From Actinomycetota bacterium (GTDB lineage Bacteria; Actinomycetota; UBA4738; CALAEC01), in contig JBOGVU010000003.1 in NCBI GenBank assembly GCA_050692915.1, forward strand, positions 1,588 through 65,587: 64,000 bases of DNA. The letters are read 5' to 3'. Under the pieces are notes generated by a model. It was given only the letters and a program-made list of their open reading frames with translations, made no database searches and was not told where the DNA came from. Made by a program: the position numbers and the translations under genes. Positions 58,807-64,000 of the stretch are shown in pieces (the first letter of the stretch is position 1; every line of letters starts with the position of its first letter).

Positions 58807-59852
58807 GGGACGGCGTCGAACGTGATGACGGTCTTGACGTCGTCGGGATGCCGCTCCAGGGCCTCCGGCCACCGGTCGAGCGGCACCCGCCTGGTGATCA
58901 GCCGCTCCAGCCAGCCACGCTCTGCCGCCGCCAGCCCCCGCTCCGCCTGCGCGTAGTGCCGCGCTCCGGCGTTCACCGACCCGAAGATCACCGTGTTGTT
59001 CAGCACCAGCTCCTTGTTGATGGCCGAGGCGTCCAGCGGGATCTCTCGCTGGCTGGAGGCGATCCCCGTGAGGCAGATCACGCCGCCCGGCGCGGTGTGC
59101 TCGATGGCGTGGAATACGAGCTGGCCCACGCCAGTGCACTCGATCACCACGTCGAAGGGGAGGTCCGCCTCCTCGATGTCGGCGTGGTACTCGGCCCCCA
59201 GGTCCTTGACCAGGGCCGGCTTGGGGCCCTCGGTGACCCGGTCCAGGACGTGGACCTCGAGCCCTTTCTGCACGCCGATCATGGCGGCGAACAGCCCTAT
59301 CGGCCCGGCCCCGGTCACCAAGGCGCGGCGGGGCCTGAACTCGGCCCGGGCGCCGATCCGCTCGACGTGGTCCCAGGCCTTGGCCACCACGCTGACCGGC
59401 TCGGTCAGCACGGCCAGCTCGCGCAGCTCCGGATCGGCCCTCACGACGCGGTCCGGCTCCACGCGGTATCGGGCCCGGAGGAAACCGTCCCGCTCCTTGA
59501 TCCCGTGCTCCGTGTACCGGCCGTTCCGGCACATGTCCCACTCGCCCACCGCACAGTTCTCGCACGGCACCGGGTCGGGATGGCGCACGAAGGCCACCAC
59601 CAGGTCGTCGGGCCTGAGGTCGCTCCCCGGGAGGGCTTCGAGCACCCGCCCCAGCGACTCGTGGCCAAGGACCAGGCGGTCCCGCCCCGGCGGAGCCCAC
59701 CCGTACGCTCCCTCGACGATCTCCTGGTCGGTGCCGTCGACCCCGACGGCCAGCGCCTCGACCAGCACGGAGCCCTCGGTCGGGTCCGGCTCGGGGACGT
59801 CCTCCAGCCGGGCCGATCCGGCCGTGAGCGGCGCCACGGTCAGCGCTCGCAT
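58803..59852 (-). CDS. zinc-binding medium-chain dehydrogenase, glucose 1-dehydrogenase-like
   Basis: GHESLG...CENCAVGEWDMC (structural-zinc Cys cluster)...TGAGPIGL (NAD(P) Rossmann). Confidence 0.8.
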   Translation of the reverse strand: MRALTVAPLTAGSARLEDVPEPDPTEGSVLVEALAVGVDGTDQEIVEGAYGWAPPGRDRLVLGHESLGRVLEALPGSDLRPDDLVVAFVRHPDPVPCENCAVGEWDMCRNGRYTEHGIKERDGFLRARYRVEPDRVVRADPELRELAVLTEPVSVVAKAWDHVERIGARAEFRPRRALVTGAGPIGLFAAMIGVQKGLEVHVLDRVTEGPKPALVKDLGAEYHADIEEADLPFDVVIECTGVGQLVFHAIEHTAPGGVICLTGIASSQREIPLDASAINKELVLNNTVIFGSVNAGARHYAQAERGLAAAERGWLERLITRRVPLDRWPEALERHPDDVKTVITFDAVP

Positions 59853-59908
59853 GTGCGGATGACCCTCCCTCCCGATCGGCGATCCTCGGATACGTTACAC
59901 AGTCCCGG

Positions 59909-60547
59909 ATGAAGCGCATCATCGACGTCTCGCTTGGGATCGGCCCGGACCTCCTCACCTGGCCCGGAGACCCCGGGGTGGAGGTTGTCCCCGCCGCCCG
60001 GCTGGCTCGGGGCGACCCGGCGAACGTGTCCGAGCTGCGGCTCGGGTCTCACACCGGGACCCACGTCGATCCGCCCTGGCACTTCATCGATGGCGGGGCC
60101 ACGATCGACGCCGTCCCTCTCGAGGTCCTGGTGGGGCCGGCCGTGGTGGCCGACCTCCGGGGGGCCGGGGCGGTCGGGCCGGCCGAGCTCGACGCGCTCG
60201 AGCTGCCGGCCGGGACCGAGCGTCTCCTGTGCCGCACCCGCAACTCGGAGCTGTGGTCCCGCGGCCGCGTCGAGTTCCCCCCGGACTACGTGGCGATCAC
60301 GCCCGAGGGCGCCCGGTGGCTCGTCGAGCGAGACCTCCGGCTGGTGGGGGTGGACTTCCTGTCGGTCGAGCGCGACGGCCCGCCCGACTTCCCGGTGCAC
60401 CGCACCCTCCTCGGCGGCGGCGTGGTGATCGTCGAGGGCCTCGACCTGTCCACCGTGGACCCGGGGCCGTACACGCTGGTCTGCGCACCCCTGAAGATCC
60501 TGGGCGGCGACGGCGCCCCGGCCCGGGCCCTGCTGATCGAGCCCTAG
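59909..60547 (+). CDS. cyclase-family protein (kynurenine formamidase/arylformamidase-like)
   Basis: LRLGSHTGTHVDPPWHF motif. Confidence 0.75.
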   Translation: MKRIIDVSLGIGPDLLTWPGDPGVEVVPAARLARGDPANVSELRLGSHTGTHVDPPWHFIDGGATIDAVPLEVLVGPAVVADLRGAGAVGPAELDALELPAGTERLLCRTRNSELWSRGRVEFPPDYVAITPEGARWLVERDLRLVGVDFLSVERDGPPDFPVHRTLLGGGVVIVEGLDLSTVDPGPYTLVCAPLKILGGDGAPARALLIEP

Positions 60548-61716
60548 TCGAACCGGACCCGCTCGGCGTCGGCCACCACGAGCCCGTCCTCCCCTAGCGG
60601 TTCGATCGTCAGCAATTCGTAGACGCGCAGCGGCTCGACGGGGCGACCCAGGGTGAAGCGCGCCAGGACCTCGTATCGGTTCGGCCCCAGCCGCGTATAC
60701 CGGATGATTCGAGCCCCCATCAGGTCCTCGTCTGCCGCGTATCGGAGGAGATCGAGTCCGTCCTGGTGCGACGCGTAGGCTTCCCGAGCGTCTTCGCCAA
60801 GGTACGTGCCGGCGCCGGAGGCCTCCTGACGGGCTTCCAGGAAGCCGCGGACGAACGCCCGCACCTCCTCGAACCGCTGCCTCGGTGAGAGCAGCTCCGC
60901 GGCTAGGATCTCCGGCCGAACGTCCTCAGGGTCGTGGTCCCCGACCGTCAGCCGCTCCGTGCGATTTCCCGTGGTGACGATAGCCACCGCGGTCTCGTCC
61001 TCGCCCGAGGCGATCTCACGAATGGCGAAGAAGGGTGCCTCCGCCACCCCCTCGTACAGCGCGAGCCCGCCCTGGCCGGACCCGTACTGGCGGGTCGCGT
61101 CGTCCGACAGGAACGCCTCGGCTCCGGAGCCCTCCAGCCGCCGGGTCATAAAGCTCCGCACCGCGGCGAACTGCTCAAAGAGTACGGGCCTGGACTCGAT
61201 GAAGTCCCGGCCGACCCTGATCTCGATGACCTCCGGGTCGATCCGGGGCCGCAGCTCTGCGCCCGAGAAGAATCGATCACGGAGGCGGATCGCCTCCTCC
61301 TCGTGAGCCGGGTGACGGTGGATCCTGGTCACGTCGCTCGGGTTCCCCGAGGGGGCGACCTCCACTACATCCACGCCCACGCCCTCGGCGGCCATCACCG
61401 CCGCGGCGAAGTCGGCGGCGCCCTCGATGGCCGAGCTGTTGACCACGCTGACCAGGCGGGGTCCAGGCGACGCGCTGAACGAGGGCCCCGGGACCGGGAA
61501 GCCCCCGGGTTGGGCCTGCCGGGCAGGGCGGAACGCGGCGTACGCTAGGCCGATCCCCGCGCCGGCCACGGCCAGGGCCAGGCCGCCGGTGGCCACCCGC
61601 CTGGTACGGCGGCGACGACCGGCCCGGTCGAGCACCGCGCCGAGCGCGCCGGGCTCGGAGCGGACCCGACGGGCCTCGTCGTCCAGGAAGTCGTAAAGGT
61701 CAGGCATCGATCTCAC
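60544..61716 (-). CDS. membrane-anchored putative anti-sigma factor with internally duplicated extracytoplasmic domain
   Basis: Cytoplasmic N-terminus, then TM (GGLALAVAGAGIGLAYAAF). Two homologous ~90-aa modules (...GSGAEAFLSDDATRQYGSGQGGLALYEG... and ...ASGAGTYLGEDAREAYASHQDGLDLLRYA...). Start overlaps the sigma gene end. Confidence 0.45.
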   Translation of the reverse strand: MRSMPDLYDFLDDEARRVRSEPGALGAVLDRAGRRRRTRRVATGGLALAVAGAGIGLAYAAFRPARQAQPGGFPVPGPSFSASPGPRLVSVVNSSAIEGAADFAAAVMAAEGVGVDVVEVAPSGNPSDVTRIHRHPAHEEEAIRLRDRFFSGAELRPRIDPEVIEIRVGRDFIESRPVLFEQFAAVRSFMTRRLEGSGAEAFLSDDATRQYGSGQGGLALYEGVAEAPFFAIREIASGEDETAVAIVTTGNRTERLTVGDHDPEDVRPEILAAELLSPRQRFEEVRAFVRGFLEARQEASGAGTYLGEDAREAYASHQDGLDLLRYAADEDLMGARIIRYTRLGPNRYEVLARFTLGRPVEPLRVYELLTIEPLGEDGLVVADAERVRFD

Positions 61717-62427
61717 CTCGCAGCAAGTCTCGGAGGGCCGCCCGGGCCCGGTGGAGGCGGGTCCGCACGGCGCCGGCGCTCACGCCGAGCACGGCGCCGG
61801 CCGCCTCGTCGGTCATCCCCAGCCACTCCACGAGGACCACGGCCTCGCGCTGACCGTCGGGCAACGTGGCCAGGGCCCGGTGCACGGCCGAGCGGTCCTC
61901 GGCGGCCTCATGCTCGTCGACGGCGGGCTCCGGGCGGACGGCCTTCCGGGCCGCCACCGCCAGGCGCCGCAGGCGGCTCCGCCGGGCGTTCAGCGCCGTC
62001 CGGTCAGGTAGCCGGCCGGGTCCTCGAGGCCACGGACCCGCTCCCACCGCTCGAGCACCCCGACGAAGGCCTCCTGGGTCAGGTCCTCGGCCTCGTGGCG
62101 GTCCCCGGTGGCCAGGTACATGGCCCGGAGGAGCCGCTCGTGGTGGGCGTGGAAGAAATCCTCGAAGGTCTCCGCGCGCTCCTCCACGATGGACTCGCTC
62201 ATCACGGCCATCGTGATGGAAACGCCCGAGGCCCGGGTGTTGTTACCGATCAGTCGCCGGCCACGAAGAACACCCAGGTGCCGTCCCGCTCGATCCCCAC
62301 CCGCCAACCCAGGTACAGGCCGGCGTCCTGGAACGAGCGGACGTCCTCCTCGGCGTGGATCGCGGTGAGCGCCTCGATGTCCTGCTCGTCCCACTCGGCG
62401 GGGTCCTCGGCCGCCTGCGCCGGCCAC
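61700..62427 (-). pseudogene. ECF sigma factor with apparent frameshift between region 2 and region 4
   Basis: Region 2 (FFHAHHERLLRAMYLATGDRHEAEDLTQEAFVGVLERWERV...PAGYLTGRR*) is in track ORF 61990..62427. Region 2.4–4 (TALNARRSRLRRL...ATLPDGQREAVVLVEWLGMTDEAAGAVLGVSAGAVRTRLHRAR) is in a different frame, 61700..62047. The join requires a 1-nt shift near 61997–62004. Confidence 0.5.
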
Positions 62428-63539
62428 ACGAACACGCCGCGGTCGAACCCGGGCTCGGTGTCGAGGACCATCGGAAGGATGTCGCCGATGACCGGCTCGT
62501 GTCCCTCGGACTCCAGGCGCTTCCAGTAGGTGATCGGGTCCGTCTCCCCGCCGAACGAGAAGGTGAACCCCTCGTCGGGAATCAGGGCCCGGAGCGCCGG
62601 GAAGTCCCGAGCCTGGGCGGCTGCCAAGATCGCGTCCCTGGTCTCGGCCACCCGCGCGGGGATCGCGAGCTCAGGCTCCGATGCTCCGGCCTCGGACCCC
62701 CCGGCGAGGGGGGTCGCGATGCGGGATGAGGTCAGGGCAAGCGTCCGACCATCGGTGTCGAGCAAGCCCACCGAAAGCAGCGTGCTGGGCCCGATGTGAT
62801 CGTCGACGATCGGCGAGAAGCTGAATCGGCCGTTCTCGTCCGGCACTACAGGCTCCCTCGACGACTCGGTCATCCGGCCACCGAGCTCGTTCGTCCACTG
62901 CCACACCACGGTCAGCTCCACGGTGGTTCCGGGCGGTACGTGGCGCACCCGGCCATCCAACGCGATCGTTCCCGCACCGAACTCCTCGTCGGCGTCGCGG
63001 GGCTCAAGCGCGATCGAGTCCGACACCGCGGCGAGGACCGCGTAGACCGGAGGCTCGGACCCTGGCACCATCTGGAGATGGAGCGTCGTCGGCAAGCTCC
63101 CGCCGTCGAAGGAACGGTTGCGGATCACAACGGCGTCGTCCTGAGGGTCGACCTCGACGTCCTCCATGTCCCAACCCATCACATTCACCGCGAACAGGAT
63201 GGCCGCGCCCTCGGGCTCGGTCCACATCGGCATCGATCCCTGGGCCACCTGCTCCTGGGTGACCTCGAGCTCCTCGAGCGTGGGCGGGTGGATGAAGGGA
63301 TAGAACTCGTCGGTCGTCCCGCCCGGCCGGGTCGGGTGGGGCACGGCGGTCTCGTCGAGGAGGGCCCGGGCGCCCACGAAGGCGCCGAGGGCCAGTCCCA
63401 CGGTCACCGTGCCTGCCAGGAAGGCGTTCGCCGCCCGTCGCCGCCGGGCCCGGCTAAGGAGCCCCCGCGGGATCCGGGGGTCGAGGCGCATCTCCTCGGC
63501 CTTCTCGTCGAGCATCGTCTTCAGGTCCACGTCACCCAC
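62250..63539 (-). CDS. membrane-anchored putative anti-sigma factor / extracytoplasmic sensor protein
   Basis: Cytoplasmic N-terminus, then TM (AFLAGTVTVGLALGAFVGA) and about 370 aa extracytoplasmic region. Start overlaps the end of the upstream ECF sigma gene. Confidence 0.45.
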   Translation of the reverse strand: MGDVDLKTMLDEKAEEMRLDPRIPRGLLSRARRRRAANAFLAGTVTVGLALGAFVGARALLDETAVPHPTRPGGTTDEFYPFIHPPTLEELEVTQEQVAQGSMPMWTEPEGAAILFAVNVMGWDMEDVEVDPQDDAVVIRNRSFDGGSLPTTLHLQMVPGSEPPVYAVLAAVSDSIALEPRDADEEFGAGTIALDGRVRHVPPGTTVELTVVWQWTNELGGRMTESSREPVVPDENGRFSFSPIVDDHIGPSTLLSVGLLDTDGRTLALTSSRIATPLAGGSEAGASEPELAIPARVAETRDAILAAAQARDFPALRALIPDEGFTFSFGGETDPITYWKRLESEGHEPVIGDILPMVLDTEPGFDRGVFVWPAQAAEDPAEWDEQDIEALTAIHAEEDVRSFQDAGLYLGWRVGIERDGTWVFFVAGD

Positions 63540-63987
63540 CCCTCGGGATCTCTGCCCGGAGCCGGTCCAGGCCCCGCGACACCAGCGACTTCACCGTGCC
63601 CACCGCGCAGCCGAGGACCTCGGCCGTCTGCGCCTCGGTCAGGTCCTCGTAATAACGGAGAACGATGGCCGCCCGCTGCCGCGGCTGGAGGCTTTGGAGC
63701 GCGTTCCACATCTCCTGCCGGCCCTCGGGGTTCGCAGGGGGGACCTTCGGCGCCCGACCCTCCCGCTCCACGTAGGCCCGCTCCACCCGCCGGCGCCGGA
63801 AGTGGGAGCGCGTCATGTTCACCACGGTGGTCCGGAGGTAGGCGCGGAACGCCTCGGGATGGCGGAGGTCCCGGAACCGGCCGAGGAGCCGGACGAACGC
63901 CTCGTGCACGATGTCCTCCGCCAGGGCCCGGTCGCCGGTGAGGAGGAAGGCCAGCCGGGCCGCCTCGGGGGCGTGGGCCTCATACAA
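63532..63987 (-). CDS. ECF (sigma-70 family group IV) RNA polymerase sigma factor
   Basis: Region 2 AEDIVHEAFVRLLGRFRDL...AYLRTTVVNMTRSHFRRRR. Region 4 LQPRQRAAIVLRYYEDLTEAQTAEVLGCAVGTVKSLVSRGLDRLR. The reading frame stays open to the window edge, so the true start could lie beyond 64000. Confidence 0.8.
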   Translation of the reverse strand: MYEAHAPEAARLAFLLTGDRALAEDIVHEAFVRLLGRFRDLRHPEAFRAYLRTTVVNMTRSHFRRRRVERAYVEREGRAPKVPPANPEGRQEMWNALQSLQPRQRAAIVLRYYEDLTEAQTAEVLGCAVGTVKSLVSRGLDRLRAEIPRGG

Positions 63988-64000
63988 CGCCGCCAGCCGC

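Overview
The window is a high-GC (~70%), densely coded actinobacterial-type chromosomal segment with about 60 protein genes and one tRNA. I found no rRNA, CRISPR array, transposase, integrase or prophage. Gene order recalls several conserved actinobacterial housekeeping loci, as I remember them from Mycobacterium tuberculosis: cca–NUDIX–Rv3909-like–murJ; padR–ino1; trkA/ceoBC plus an Rv2690c-like permease; topA–membrane::tmk–holB–tRNA-Thr; and an HExxH protein–tilS–hpt–ftsH–folE run. Many same-strand neighbours overlap by 4 nt (ATGA, GTGA or TTGA), which implies translational coupling. Most strong antisense ORFs in the six-frame track are GC-driven artefacts. The most distinctive content is as follows:
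- A roughly 16-kb ion-homeostasis neighbourhood with a K+ core: two TrkA genes, two paralogous APC-type permeases with large cytoplasmic tails, a KdpD-like kinase without its N-terminal half plus a KdpE-like regulator but no kdpFABC, and an HD hydrolase. Candidate regulatory direct repeats and a weak riboswitch-like leader sit in this core.
- A PadR-controlled operon: ino1–EntS-like MFS exporter–fold-III PLP decarboxylase.
- A murJ–small TadE-like membrane protein–Ser/Thr kinase operon that looks like a split version of the mycobacterial MviN–pseudokinase fusion.
- An MrfA/YprA-type helicase translationally coupled to a TIGR00725/LOG-like protein.
- An AlkP-family phosphodiesterase–Wzx-like flippase–zinc-ribbon mini-operon.
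- A zinc glucose-dehydrogenase-like / glycogen debranching enzyme / NAD-type 6-phosphogluconate dehydrogenase operon.
- Two tandem ECF sigma / putative anti-sigma pairs, one sigma gene apparently frameshifted.
All coordinates derived by hand carry about ±1–3 nt uncertainty. Gene starts are the least certain element.
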